DNA from: Minisyncoccota bacterium | Lineage (GTDB): Bacteria; Patescibacteriota; Minisyncoccia; UBA6257; JAAZHW01 | Reading direction: 5' to 3' | Length of the DNA stretch: 64,000 nucleotides | NCBI GenBank assembly: GCA_035369485.1 | Contig: DAOSMC010000001.1 | Location: 2,283 to 66,282, forward strand | Shown: in pieces, positions 7,528-17,188 of the stretch | Layout: every line of letters starts with the position of its first letter | How positions within the stretch are numbered: the first letter of the stretch is position 1 | Program-made: the position numbers and the translations under genes | Notes under the pieces: model-generated | Database searches by the model: none | Told to the model about the DNA's origin: nothing | What the model saw: only the letters and a program-made list of their open reading frames with translations

Positions 7528-10080
7528 TTATTTTAAATCCGCTAGAGTTTCTCCTGTGTAATACTGAGCTTTTAACGGCACGGAAAGAAATTCATTTTGC
7601 TCCATTAAAGGAAGGAGATTGTTTATTGTCCATTCAACTTTGTTTTCTTTGACTTCAAAAATTAGCTCATCATGAATTTGCAAAATGAGACGGATATCGT
7701 CAATTGCATTTTCTTTTTGAAGAAAGTCATTAATTTTGATCATTGCTTTTTTAATGATGTCGGCGGCTAATCCTTGAATAGGGAAGTTGATAGCAGCGCG
7801 TTCGGCAAGGCTGCGGTATTTTTGATTGCCAGAGATCAAATCCCAAACCCAGCGAATGCGGCCGCTTAAAGTTTTAACGCAGCCAGTTTGTCGTGCTTCG
7901 GCCAAAGTTTTTTCTCTCCAGTCTTTAATATTGGCAAAATCATGATAATATTCTTCAATGAATTTTTTAGCTTGATCTTTTGGTATTTGAGCAGTTTCGC
8001 TAAATGCTTTAGCGCCCATCCCATAAAGAATGCCAAAATTTAATGTTTTGGCTTGGCGGCGCATTGCAGGCGTAACTTGATCAAGGGTGGTGTTATTTAT
8101 TTCTGCCGCTGTTAGAGCATGGATATCTTGGTCATTAAGAAAAGCCTCTTTCATTTTGGGATCATCGGCCAAAGAAGCTGCAATACGTAATTCAATTTGA
8201 GAATAGTCAAAACCAACAAATTGGTAGCCTTTTTCAGCAACGAAACCTTGTCTAATTTTTTTTGCCAATTCTCCTTCTATCGGAATATTTTGAAGATTGG
8301 GATTTTCTGAAGAGAGGCGACCAGTTGCTGTACCTGTTTGATTATAAGTGGTATGAATACGGCAATTTTCATCCATTAAAGATGGCAACGGTTCTAAATA
8401 AGTGCTTTTGAGTTTCATTAATTCGCGATATTGAAGAATTTTAGCGATAGCCGGATGGAGATCTTTAATTTTGATGAGTTCATTTTCACGAGTAGATAAA
8501 AGCCCAGTGGCAGTTTTAGAAAGATGTTTGTTGTTCAAATTAAGTTTTTGGAAAATTACTTGAGAAAGTTGTTTGGGGGAATTAATATTAAACTCCGAAT
8601 TCGTTAGCTCAAAAATCTCTTTTTCTAATTTTTGTAATTCGTGATTTAATTCATCGGTTAAGCGATAAAAATGATCCGGATTAATTTTAATGCCGAAATG
8701 CTCCATTTGCGCCAAAACATTAACGAGGGGCATTTCAATTTGTTGGAAGACATTTGTTAAAGCAAGCTCTTTGATTTTATTTACCTGCGCTGTTTTGATT
8801 TTTTTCAGGATTGTTAAAATATTATCGTTGGGAAGAGGGGTTTTGAAAATGATTTGCCAAATTCTTTGAAGGGAGTAATCTTTTAATTCAGAATTGATGA
8901 GCCATTGAGCAATTTTAATATCATGGTTTAAGTTGAGATTGTAATCATCAATTTGTTTTACAATATTTTTTAAATCATAACCCACGAGAGAAAATTGTTT
9001 AATTTTATTAAAGGAATTTTGATCTTTAGGTAAAGAAAAAAATTGATCGGCTACTAATAATTCTACATTCTTATTGAGATTAATAATGGCTTCGGCTTGA
9101 GTTGGCAGAGGATTTAATTTTTGTTCTGTTTGCCATTGAATAGAGGCTTGAGAGAAAGCGTTCTCTGGCGTATTGGTTTGGGACTCTTCGGGCATTAATT
9201 GATTTACAAGACTTTCAAATCGCCATTTTTTAAAAAGAGGAATGAGTGATTCTTTGTTAATGCCATTAAATTTTAAATCAGAAAGTTTTACTTCTAAAGG
9301 AGCATTGCAATTTAGAGTTGTTAAGTATTTACTAAAAAATGCTTGCTCTTTTTGATCTAAGAGCGCAGCTAAAGTTTTTGGTTTAATTAAGCGCGCTTCA
9401 GAAGTTTTCTGAAAATTTTCATTTTCAATTTTTTGGTAAAGGTTTTCTAAGGTTTCAAAATGTTTAATTAATTCAATAGCTGTTTTTTCTCCAATTCCTT
9501 TGACGCCCAAAATATTATCAGAAGGATCGCCTTTTAACGCCTTAAAATCAATTAACTGTTTAGGACTAAGGCCATAGCGTTCCTGTACTTCCTTTTCATT
9601 ATAAATAACGGTGTCTTGAATTCCTTTTTTCATTGTGTAAACCACTACTTTATCATCGTCTACTAATTGAAGAGTGTCCAGATCACCAGTGAGAATAATA
9701 ATTTTTAAATCTTTTTCGTTAGAGAATTTTTTGACAAGCGTGCCGATGAGATCATCGGCCTCATAACCGGGAATTTCGAAATATTTAATAGGAACGGCAC
9801 TAAAAAACTCTCTTACTTTATCAAACTGAGGAATAAGATTTTCATCAGTTTTTGGGCGAGTGGCTTTATATTCTTTATATTCTTTATGCCTAAAAGTAGG
9901 TTCGGCCAAATCGAAGCATGCCGCGAGATAATCAGGTTTAAATTCGCGGATAATTTTTAAAATAATGCGAATAGTGCCATACACTGCGCCAATAGGTTCA
10001 CCTTTAGGAGTGGTTAAATTTGGCAAAGCATGAAAGCAGCGATGGATTAACGCATGAGAATCAATAAGGATAAGAGTCAT
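7528..10080 (-). CDS. polA: DNA polymerase I
   Basis: N-terminal 5'-3' exonuclease (LILIDSHALIHRCFHA) and a C-terminal family A polymerase with motifs RRQAKTLNFGILYGMGA and LQIHDELIFE. The start was trimmed to the ATG at 10080 because the track start at 10098 is TTG. Confidence 0.85.
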   Translation of the reverse strand: MTLILIDSHALIHRCFHALPNLTTPKGEPIGAVYGTIRIILKIIREFKPDYLAACFDLAEPTFRHKEYKEYKATRPKTDENLIPQFDKVREFFSAVPIKYFEIPGYEADDLIGTLVKKFSNEKDLKIIILTGDLDTLQLVDDDKVVVYTMKKGIQDTVIYNEKEVQERYGLSPKQLIDFKALKGDPSDNILGVKGIGEKTAIELIKHFETLENLYQKIENENFQKTSEARLIKPKTLAALLDQKEQAFFSKYLTTLNCNAPLEVKLSDLKFNGINKESLIPLFKKWRFESLVNQLMPEESQTNTPENAFSQASIQWQTEQKLNPLPTQAEAIINLNKNVELLVADQFFSLPKDQNSFNKIKQFSLVGYDLKNIVKQIDDYNLNLNHDIKIAQWLINSELKDYSLQRIWQIIFKTPLPNDNILTILKKIKTAQVNKIKELALTNVFQQIEMPLVNVLAQMEHFGIKINPDHFYRLTDELNHELQKLEKEIFELTNSEFNINSPKQLSQVIFQKLNLNNKHLSKTATGLLSTRENELIKIKDLHPAIAKILQYRELMKLKSTYLEPLPSLMDENCRIHTTYNQTGTATGRLSSENPNLQNIPIEGELAKKIRQGFVAEKGYQFVGFDYSQIELRIAASLADDPKMKEAFLNDQDIHALTAAEINNTTLDQVTPAMRRQAKTLNFGILYGMGAKAFSETAQIPKDQAKKFIEEYYHDFANIKDWREKTLAEARQTGCVKTLSGRIRWVWDLISGNQKYRSLAERAAINFPIQGLAADIIKKAMIKINDFLQKENAIDDIRLILQIHDELIFEVKENKVEWTINNLLPLMEQNEFLSVPLKAQYYTGETLADLK

Positions 10081-10119
10081 AAGAAAATTAAAATTCAAAA
10101 GATGGAGTCAAAAATAAAA

Positions 10120-10626
10120 TTATTTAAGTTTTTTAGTTTTGGGTTGGGATTTTATTTTTGAATTTTCAACTTTTGAATTAATTGTTATTTCTCTCTTATT
10201 TTTATCAACGACTTTGAAATTGATCCACAGAGTATTTTTTGGAAGTAGCTTTTTAATACGTTCTGGCCACTCAATAAAAACGAGATTTTTTGGATCCTGA
10301 ATAATTTTTTTAAAATCAAGAGTAAGAATTTCCTCCGCTTTTTCCAGACGATAACAATCAATATGGTAAAAATTTTTAAAATGGGGATTTTTTCGTAATG
10401 AAAAAGATTTAATGATTAAAAATGTGGGGCTTAAAATTCTGCCTTTGATTTTTAGAGATTTGCCTACGCCTTGAATAAAGGTGGTTTTGCCAGCGCCCAA
10501 ATTACCCTGTAGAGCAAAAATATGAGGTGGTGAAGATTTTTGGTCCAGTAGTGTTTTTACAAGAATTTGAGCAATTTTTTGAGTTTGGACTGGTGAATGA
10601 GAAAGAATTTTTAGGGAAGATTGCAT
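10120..10626 (-). CDS. tsaE: tRNA t6A37 biosynthesis ATPase TsaE (YjeE family)
   Basis: P-loop GNLGAGKTTF within a protein of about 169 aa. The track N-terminus (10627-10731) translates the palindrome, so the start is placed at the ATG at 10626. Confidence 0.55.
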   Translation of the reverse strand: MQSSLKILSHSPVQTQKIAQILVKTLLDQKSSPPHIFALQGNLGAGKTTFIQGVGKSLKIKGRILSPTFLIIKSFSLRKNPHFKNFYHIDCYRLEKAEEILTLDFKKIIQDPKNLVFIEWPERIKKLLPKNTLWINFKVVDKNKREITINSKVENSKIKSQPKTKKLK

Positions 10627-10670
10627 TAAAGAAATTATACAATAAAAAGTTAAAAAACAAAATGACGAAA

Positions 10671-10723
10671 GGCGAAAGGGGCGGCGGAAAATTTCTTTGA
10701 AATTTTCCGCCGCCCCTTTCGCC
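10671..10723. repeat. GC-stem palindromic element, copy D: perfect 25-bp stem, located between the divergent starts of tsaE (-) and murA (+)
   Basis: ggcgaaaggggcggcggaaaatttc-ttt-gaaattttccgccgcccctttcgcc. Not in a terminator position. Confidence 0.75.
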
Positions 10724-10795
10724 TGTCGCAAATCGTTTTCAAATACCTATTTTTTTAATTTGCTTTTTTCTTTATTTTGTCTTAAATTAGAATTG

Positions 10796-12076
10796 ATGAG
10801 TCATTTTTTTGAAATTGAAGGAAGTAAAAAATTAAAAGGAGAAATTAAAGTATCAGGCACAAAAAATGGCGCACTGGCTATTTTACCAGCCTGTCTTTTA
10901 ACCGAGGAGCCTTGTGTGATTAAAAATATTCCGCTGCTTACTGACGTTTTAGTGATGGTTGATATTCTAAAGAATTTAGGGGCGGAAATAGAATGGTTAG
11001 ATGAAAGAACAATTCGTATTCAAGCAAAAAATGTTTTAAGTGATGCTGATACGAAATTAGTAAGAAAAATTAGAGCATCGTTTTTAGTGGCTGGTCCTAT
11101 TTTAGCGCGGATAGGCGAATTAAAAATTGCAAAACCCGGCGGTTGTCATATTGGCGCGCGCAGTTTAGATACGCATTTTGAGGGTTTTGCTGATTTGGGT
11201 GTTAAATCAGCTTTAGAAAGAGAAGAATCTGAAAAATATTATTTAAAAGCTCCAAAACAATTTAAACCAGCCATTGTTTCTTTAAATGAATTTAGCGTGA
11301 CAGCAACGGAAAATCTAATGATGTTAATGGCGAAGATTGAAGGAAAAAGCGAAATCCATTTAGCAGCTGCTGAACCGCATGTTCAAGAATTAGGCGAATT
11401 TTTAAAATCAATGGGCGCTGAGATTGAAGGATTGGGAACACATACCATTATTATTAAAGGCAAGCAAAAATTGAAAGGCGCAGAACATACCATTTGGCCT
11501 GATTATATTGAAGCGGGGACTTTTTTTAGTTTAGCTGCTACAACTAAAAGTAATCTTACTATTACCAATGTACCTGTTGCTTATTTAGAAATGGTCTTTC
11601 GTAAGTTGAAAAAAATGGGAGTTTCGTATAGAATAAAAGACAGCCAGGTTTTAATTGAGGGCAAAGATAGTTCTTTGAAAGCAGCCAAAATTCAAACATT
11701 ACCGTATCCAGGATTTCCAACTGATCTTCAAGCTCCTTTCGCGGTTTTAGCTACTCAAGCTAAAGGTGACAGTTTAATTTTTGATACATTATTTGAAGGC
11801 AGATTTAAATATGTTGATGAGTTAAATCAAATGGGAGCAAAAATTTTTCTTTGCGATCCGCACCGTATTCTTGTATCAGGTCCGACGCCGCTTTATGGAA
11901 CAAAAATCAAAAGTTTTGATTTACGTTCAGGAGCCACGCTGATTATTGCTGCCTTAGCGGCTCGGGGAAAAAGTCAGCTTCTAGGCATTGAAGAAGTAGA
12001 CCGCGGTTATGAAAAAATTGAAGAGCGGCTGCAAAAAATTGGTGCGAATATAAAACGAGTCGAGGCAGAATCATAA
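10796..12076 (+). CDS. murA: UDP-N-acetylglucosamine 1-carboxyvinyltransferase
   Basis: EPSP-synthase/MurA fold: KLKGEIKVSGTKNGALAILPACLL, a catalytic Cys loop region, and C-terminal LRSGATLIIAALAARG and VDRGYEKIEERL. The start was moved to the ATG at 10796, downstream of the palindrome. Confidence 0.8.
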   Translation: MSHFFEIEGSKKLKGEIKVSGTKNGALAILPACLLTEEPCVIKNIPLLTDVLVMVDILKNLGAEIEWLDERTIRIQAKNVLSDADTKLVRKIRASFLVAGPILARIGELKIAKPGGCHIGARSLDTHFEGFADLGVKSALEREESEKYYLKAPKQFKPAIVSLNEFSVTATENLMMLMAKIEGKSEIHLAAAEPHVQELGEFLKSMGAEIEGLGTHTIIIKGKQKLKGAEHTIWPDYIEAGTFFSLAATTKSNLTITNVPVAYLEMVFRKLKKMGVSYRIKDSQVLIEGKDSSLKAAKIQTLPYPGFPTDLQAPFAVLATQAKGDSLIFDTLFEGRFKYVDELNQMGAKIFLCDPHRILVSGPTPLYGTKIKSFDLRSGATLIIAALAARGKSQLLGIEEVDRGYEKIEERLQKIGANIKRVEAES

Positions 12077-12080
12077 TAAT

Positions 12081-13088
12081 ATGTTTATTAAAAAAATTGG
12101 AATTGATTTAGGGACTACAAATACATTGGTTTTTGTACCCAAAAAAGGCGTAATTATTTTTGAGCCAACTATTGTTGCTTATGATCTCAATGACAATAAG
12201 ATCTTAGCGGTGGGTAAGGAGGCAAAGGAAATGTTAGGACGTACGCCAGATGATATAGGAGCTTATCGGCCATTAAAAGACGGCGTGATTGCTGATTATA
12301 AAACGACCAAAATTATATTAAAGTATTTTATTTCTAAAGCCTTAGGTAGTTTTAATTTTTTTAAGCCCACTTTAATTATTTCTGGTCCAGCCGGTATTAC
12401 TTCTACAGAAAGGCGAGCGGTTATTAACGCAGCTTTGGAGGCGGGTGCGCGTGAAGTTTATCTTGTCCGCGAACCCATCTTGGCTGCTTTGGGGGCGGGA
12501 ATCCCCATTAATTCCGCTTCAGGTCATATGATTGTTAATATCGGAGGTGGCACTAGTGAAATTGCGGTGATTTCTTTGGGTGGCATTGTTTCGTGGGCCT
12601 CTTTAAGAATTGCAGGGAATAAATTTGATGAGGCGATAGTGAATTATATTCGAAAGAAATATAATTTAGCGATTGGCGATCAAACAGCAGAAAGAATTAA
12701 AATTGAAGCAGGCGCAGCTCTGCCTCAAAAAAACAAGATTGAAACCGAAGCAAAAGGACGTGATTTAACAACAGGGTTGCCACGTTCTGTGATCGTCAAT
12801 TCTAATGAAATTGCTGAAGCACTGGCTCCTCATTTGGAAGAAATTGCCGAAAGTATTCGTTCTGTATTTTTGAATACTCCACCAGAGTTAGCAGCGGATA
12901 TTATTGAAAAGGGAATTGTGATTGCTGGCGGCAGTTCATTGTTGCGAGATTTAGATTCATATATTTCGAAAGTTACGGGGGTGAATACTTTTCTAGCCGA
13001 AGATGCTTTGTATTGTGTAGCCAAAGGCACGGGCATTATTTTGGAACATTTGGATATTTACAAAAGAGCTCTAATGAGCAAGCGTTAA
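12081..13088 (+). CDS. mreB: Rod-shape actin homolog MreB, paralog 1
   Basis: IGIDLGTTNTLVF phosphate-1 motif and IVNIGGGTSEIAVISLGG. Confidence 0.85.
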   Translation: MFIKKIGIDLGTTNTLVFVPKKGVIIFEPTIVAYDLNDNKILAVGKEAKEMLGRTPDDIGAYRPLKDGVIADYKTTKIILKYFISKALGSFNFFKPTLIISGPAGITSTERRAVINAALEAGAREVYLVREPILAALGAGIPINSASGHMIVNIGGGTSEIAVISLGGIVSWASLRIAGNKFDEAIVNYIRKKYNLAIGDQTAERIKIEAGAALPQKNKIETEAKGRDLTTGLPRSVIVNSNEIAEALAPHLEEIAESIRSVFLNTPPELAADIIEKGIVIAGGSSLLRDLDSYISKVTGVNTFLAEDALYCVAKGTGIILEHLDIYKRALMSKR

Positions 13089-13089
13089 A

Positions 13090-13839
13090 ATGAAAATAGA
13101 TCAATATTTCAAAAAAATTATTGAGCAAGATATAATTGATGGCGCTTGGCTTTTTTTAAGCATGGATGAGGAGATGCTTTTTCAAAAAAGTTTAAGTTTA
13201 GCCAAACAAGTTACTTCAGCATCTTATATTTATATTGTTTCCGAGAGCGAGCAATTGGAAGATTTTATTAAAAATAGCCATCAGGTTTTTGATCCGGCAA
13301 TAAAAAGCATTTTTGAAATTCAAAGATTGCTTTTTTTATCTAGTGATGAAAAAAAAGTGGTAATAGTTAAAATGATGGAAGATCTTTCTGAAGAAGCGCA
13401 AAACTCTTTGCTTAAAATCACCGAGGAACCGCCAGTGAATACTGCCTTCTTTTTTCTCAGCAAAGACGAGAATAGAGTATTGCCGACATTGCGTTCGCGT
13501 TTTCGGATAATTAAATTTCCTGAAAAAAATTCCTTTTACCAAAAACGCATTTCTTCGGAAATGAGAACGTTTCTACATTCTTCTCAGCCGCTCAATGTTT
13601 ATTTAGAAAATTTTTTGGAAGAGGATCCGGTAATTTTTTTAGAAAACTTAGTCATTGTTATGAGGGATGGCCTCTTGAATTCCTTAAATCTTGAGGAGTT
13701 AAAAATTACAAATGGAGAGGGAGAGGCAAATGTAAAAGATTTAAAAAACGCCCTTTACGCCTTAGAAGGTATTAAATATCATAATTTAAATTCTCGCCTG
13801 CAAATCGAAGATTTATTATTAAATATTAATAAAAATTAA
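13090..13839 (+). CDS. holB: DNA polymerase III clamp-loader delta-prime subunit-like protein
   Basis: Sensor-2 like motif LPTLRSRFRIIKF and a size and context typical of holB. Walker A is degenerate, as expected for delta-prime. Confidence 0.5.
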   Translation: MKIDQYFKKIIEQDIIDGAWLFLSMDEEMLFQKSLSLAKQVTSASYIYIVSESEQLEDFIKNSHQVFDPAIKSIFEIQRLLFLSSDEKKVVIVKMMEDLSEEAQNSLLKITEEPPVNTAFFFLSKDENRVLPTLRSRFRIIKFPEKNSFYQKRISSEMRTFLHSSQPLNVYLENFLEEDPVIFLENLVIVMRDGLLNSLNLEELKITNGEGEANVKDLKNALYALEGIKYHNLNSRLQIEDLLLNINKN

Positions 13840-13864
13840 TTTTTTTATTTTTGTTGCTAAAAGC

Positions 13865-14030
13865 CATGGGATCCTTCGGGCGTTACCCTCAGGATGACGT
13901 AAGAAGCGAAAGCCGAAGGATCCTTCGGACTAAAACCCTCAGGATGACAATGTATTGGTTTGTCATTCTGAGTGAAACCTGCCTGCCGGTTAGGTAGGTG
14001 AAGAATCTCATACTCAGCAGTGATGGTTAA
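13865..14030. other. Structured repeat-rich intergenic element: two direct copies of GGATCCTTCGG...ACCCTCAGGATGAC, each with a nearby complement
   Basis: 13868-13878 ggatccttcgg pairs with 13912-13922 ccgaaggatcc. 13912-13927 is a perfect 16-nt palindrome. ctcaggatgac at 13939-13949 pairs with gtcattctgag at 13962-13972. GC is above background. Confidence 0.4.
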
Positions 14031-14035
14031 TAAGG

Positions 14036-14068
14036 CGGCGGCGAATTTCTTTTAGAAATTCGCCGCCG
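14036..14068. repeat. GC-stem palindromic element, copy E: 15-bp stem, loop TTT
   Basis: cggcggcgaatttct-ttt-agaaattcgccgccg, between holB and frr. Confidence 0.65.
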
Positions 14069-14186
14069 GTAAACCCTGTTTTATTTTTAAATTTTATGCC
14101 ACTGCTTTATTGCTAATTATAGAGTGAAAATTTGAGATTTACATTTTATTATATTATAATTATTATAGTCGTTAAAACATTTATTT

Positions 14187-14750
14187 ATGCCCATTAATCA
14201 ATTAATCGAAAAATTAAAAAAAGAAGGCGAATCTGTGATTGAAGGATTTCGGAACGAAATTTTAGGTGTTCGTTCTAATCGACCTCAGCCGGCTCTTATT
14301 GAAAATATTAAAGTAGAATGTCCTGTTTATGGTTCTATCCTGCCACTTAAACAATTGGCAACCATTCAAGTGAGTTTGCCCAATAGTTTAATTGTTCAAG
14401 TATGGGACAAAGTAAATGTTTCGGCTTGTGAGAAAGCTATTCAAGCATCTAATTTGGGGGTTTCTACAATAGTAGAAGGATCGCAAATTCGAGTTATTCT
14501 TCCGCCCTTATCTCAGGAAAGGCGAGATCAGATTTTCCAATTAATCAAGAAAAAATCAGAAGATACAAAAATTCGTTTACGTCTTTTAAGAGAAGATGTT
14601 TTGAAAGAAATAAAAGAGTTATTTGAACAAAAGAAAATTTCCGAAGATGATAAATATCGTAGCAAGGAGCAGATTGATAAATTAATGGATGATTTTAATC
14701 ATAAAATAGAGGAAATCGTTGAAGTCAAAAAAAAGGAGATTTACGAATAA
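14187..14750 (+). CDS. frr: Ribosome recycling factor
   Basis: Full-length RRF of 187 aa with VRSNRPQPALIENIKVE and a C-terminal helical KLMDDFNHKIEEI. Confidence 0.85.
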   Translation: MPINQLIEKLKKEGESVIEGFRNEILGVRSNRPQPALIENIKVECPVYGSILPLKQLATIQVSLPNSLIVQVWDKVNVSACEKAIQASNLGVSTIVEGSQIRVILPPLSQERRDQIFQLIKKKSEDTKIRLRLLREDVLKEIKELFEQKKISEDDKYRSKEQIDKLMDDFNHKIEEIVEVKKKEIYE

Positions 14751-14790
14751 AAGAAATTAATTTTTTCATAAAAAGAACCATTCTTTTTAT

Positions 14791-15867
14791 ATGAGTGCTA
14801 TTATTTTTATACTTTGTTTAGCTTTTTTAATTATTGTTCATGAATTTGGGCATTTTTTAGCAGCCAAAAAAAGTGGAATGAAAGTTGAAGAATTTGGAGT
14901 TGGATTGCCTCCTCGTATTTGGGGAACAAAAAAAGGGGAAACGATTTATTCGATTAATGCTTTGCCTTTTGGAGGCTTTGTAAAAATTTATGGAGAAGAT
15001 GGTTCTTATGAAAATGAAGAAAATAGTTTTTCAGCAAAAAAACCAGCTGTTCGATTAAAAGTTTTATTAGCAGGCATTGCAATGAATTTGATAGTTGGCA
15101 TTATTCTTTTGGGTGTTGGTTTTAATATTGGCATTCCTGCTCTTGCAACCGAAGATAATATGCCTTATTTACAAGATATCAAACTATCTATTTTAGAAGT
15201 TCAAAAAGATTCACCGGCAGCCATGGCTGGGCTCAAAACAGGCGATCGAATTTTAGAGGTGAGTCGCGGTGATGAAAAAATATCTTTGCCTACAGTTGAG
15301 GAATTGCAGTCGTTTACGAAAAAATGGGGCGGTGAAGAAATTAATTTAAAAGTTGAACGAGGGAAAGAATCTTTTGAAATTAAAGCAACGCCTCGTAAAA
15401 ACTTTGAAGAGAATCAAGGGGCTTTGGGTATTGCGATTGGCGAAACAGGAATACTTAAATACCCCTTTTTTCAAAGTATTTGGGAGGCCATCAAAGGAGG
15501 ATTTAGTATTTTTATTAATGTTTTTATAGGGCTTTTTCTTTTTTTGAAAAATTTAATTATTAATGGCCAAATGATGGGCGAAGTAGCTGGACCGGTTGGC
15601 ATAGTGGCTTTAGGGGGGCAGACGGTCAAAATGGGTATTGGATATTTGATTCAATTTTTAGCGACTTTGTCAATATATTTAGCCGCTTTTAATCTTATTC
15701 CTTTTCCGGCGCTTGATGGTAGCCGCGCGCTCTTTGTTTTAATTGAAAAAATTAGAGGGAAGGCTGTGCCCGCAAAAGTGGAAAATTTAATTCATTCTTT
15801 AGGTTTTGTTATTTTGATTGGTCTTGTTATTGTCGTTACTTTCCACGATATTTTAAACTTATTTTGA
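14791..15867 (+). CDS. rseP: Site-2 zinc metalloprotease RseP (M50 family) with a PDZ domain
   Basis: HEFGH zinc motif at the N-terminus, a central PDZ (GLKTGDRILEV) and the C-terminal LDGS motif (FNLIPFPALDGSRAL). Confidence 0.8.
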   Translation: MSAIIFILCLAFLIIVHEFGHFLAAKKSGMKVEEFGVGLPPRIWGTKKGETIYSINALPFGGFVKIYGEDGSYENEENSFSAKKPAVRLKVLLAGIAMNLIVGIILLGVGFNIGIPALATEDNMPYLQDIKLSILEVQKDSPAAMAGLKTGDRILEVSRGDEKISLPTVEELQSFTKKWGGEEINLKVERGKESFEIKATPRKNFEENQGALGIAIGETGILKYPFFQSIWEAIKGGFSIFINVFIGLFLFLKNLIINGQMMGEVAGPVGIVALGGQTVKMGIGYLIQFLATLSIYLAAFNLIPFPALDGSRALFVLIEKIRGKAVPAKVENLIHSLGFVILIGLVIVVTFHDILNLF

Positions 15868-15914
15868 GGTTAAAAATTGAAAAAAGAAAAAAAAGAATTA
15901 CAATATTAAGGACT

Positions 15915-17186
15915 ATGTTAGAATCAAAAGCATTTGTTTCAATTAATCGAGGAGCTGTTGAAGATGAAACAGCTTTGAATGCACAACTCCTGATAAGAGG
16001 AGGATTTGTTGAGAAGGTAATGCCGGGTATTTATGTTTATTTGCCTTTGGGCTGGCGGGTTTATAAAAAAATAGAAACAATAATTCGAACGGAAATGTTT
16101 AGAATAGGAAGTGAGGAAATTTTTCTTTCAGCGCTATTACCAAAAGAATTATGGATAAAGAGCGGACGATGGGAATCTTTTGGTGATATTCTGATGAAAG
16201 TCAATGATCGTGATGGCAGGGAATATGTTTTGGGCCCTACGCATGAAGAATTAATAGCAGAATTAGCTAAAAAATACATTTTGACATATAGAGATTTACC
16301 AAAAGCCATTTTTCAAATTCAAGAGAAATTTCGAGATGAACAAGAAGTACAATCAGGATTATTAAAAACTAAAGAATTTATAATGAAAGATTTGTATAGT
16401 TTTCATGCCACCCGACAAGACTTGGATTTTTTCTATGAGGAAATGAAAAAATCTTATATTAATATTTTTAATCAATGTGGTTTAAAATCTTATATTGTTG
16501 AAGCAGCCGGTGGTAATTTTACTGATGAGAATGTTCATGAATTTATGTTAAAAACAGAAGCAGGAGAAGAGACGACGGTTTTTTGTGAATTATGCGATTT
16601 TGCTCAGAACAAGCAATTGAAAGAAGCAGAAGGAAGAGATCAATGTCCTCGTTGTGGCGGTTTACTTAAAGAAGAAAAAACAGTGGAACTGGGAAATATT
16701 TTCAAACTTGGAACAAAATTTAGCGAAAACACAGGAGCGTATTTTGTTGATCGTGATGGCGAGAAAAAACCAATTTTAATGGGCTGCTATGGCATTGGCT
16801 TAAGCCGATTGATGGGAGTAATTGCTGAGGTTTATCATGATGAAAAGGGCTTGGTATGGCCTGTTTCCGTAGCTCCATGCCTCATTCATTTAATAAAAAT
16901 AAACGAGACGGATCCGAAAATTGATGCTAAGATAAAAAAGCAAGCAGATAAATTATATCAGCAATTGACTCGAAAGGGTTTCGAGGTTTTATATGATGAT
17001 CGAGTTGAGTTTACAAGCGGAGAGAAAATTGCGGAGGCTGACGCTATCGGAATTCCTTATCAAATAATAATAACTGCTAAAAACTTACAAAGGGAATTAG
17101 TAGAAATAAAAAGTCGAAATTCAGGGGAAAGCGAATTATTAAAAATATCGGCGGTCGGAAACTATTTTAAAAATATTAATCAATAA
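15915..17186 (+). CDS. proS: Prolyl-tRNA synthetase, short bacterial form without the editing insertion
   Basis: Class II motifs with ProRS-specific stretches (ELWIKSGRWESFG, YVLGPTHEE) and a class IIa anticodon-binding domain. The track start at 15864 is TTG, so the start was trimmed to the ATG at 15915. Confidence 0.75.
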   Translation: MLESKAFVSINRGAVEDETALNAQLLIRGGFVEKVMPGIYVYLPLGWRVYKKIETIIRTEMFRIGSEEIFLSALLPKELWIKSGRWESFGDILMKVNDRDGREYVLGPTHEELIAELAKKYILTYRDLPKAIFQIQEKFRDEQEVQSGLLKTKEFIMKDLYSFHATRQDLDFFYEEMKKSYINIFNQCGLKSYIVEAAGGNFTDENVHEFMLKTEAGEETTVFCELCDFAQNKQLKEAEGRDQCPRCGGLLKEEKTVELGNIFKLGTKFSENTGAYFVDRDGEKKPILMGCYGIGLSRLMGVIAEVYHDEKGLVWPVSVAPCLIHLIKINETDPKIDAKIKKQADKLYQQLTRKGFEVLYDDRVEFTSGEKIAEADAIGIPYQIIITAKNLQRELVEIKSRNSGESELLKISAVGNYFKNINQ

Positions 17187-17188
17187 TT

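Noticed and set aside
13865-14030. Hammerhead ribozyme call based on CUGAGUGAAAC
   Set aside because: The sequence CUGAGUGA has one nucleotide too many for the CUGANGA core, and no matching stem I/II/III arrangement with a GAAA plus UH cleavage site could be built.
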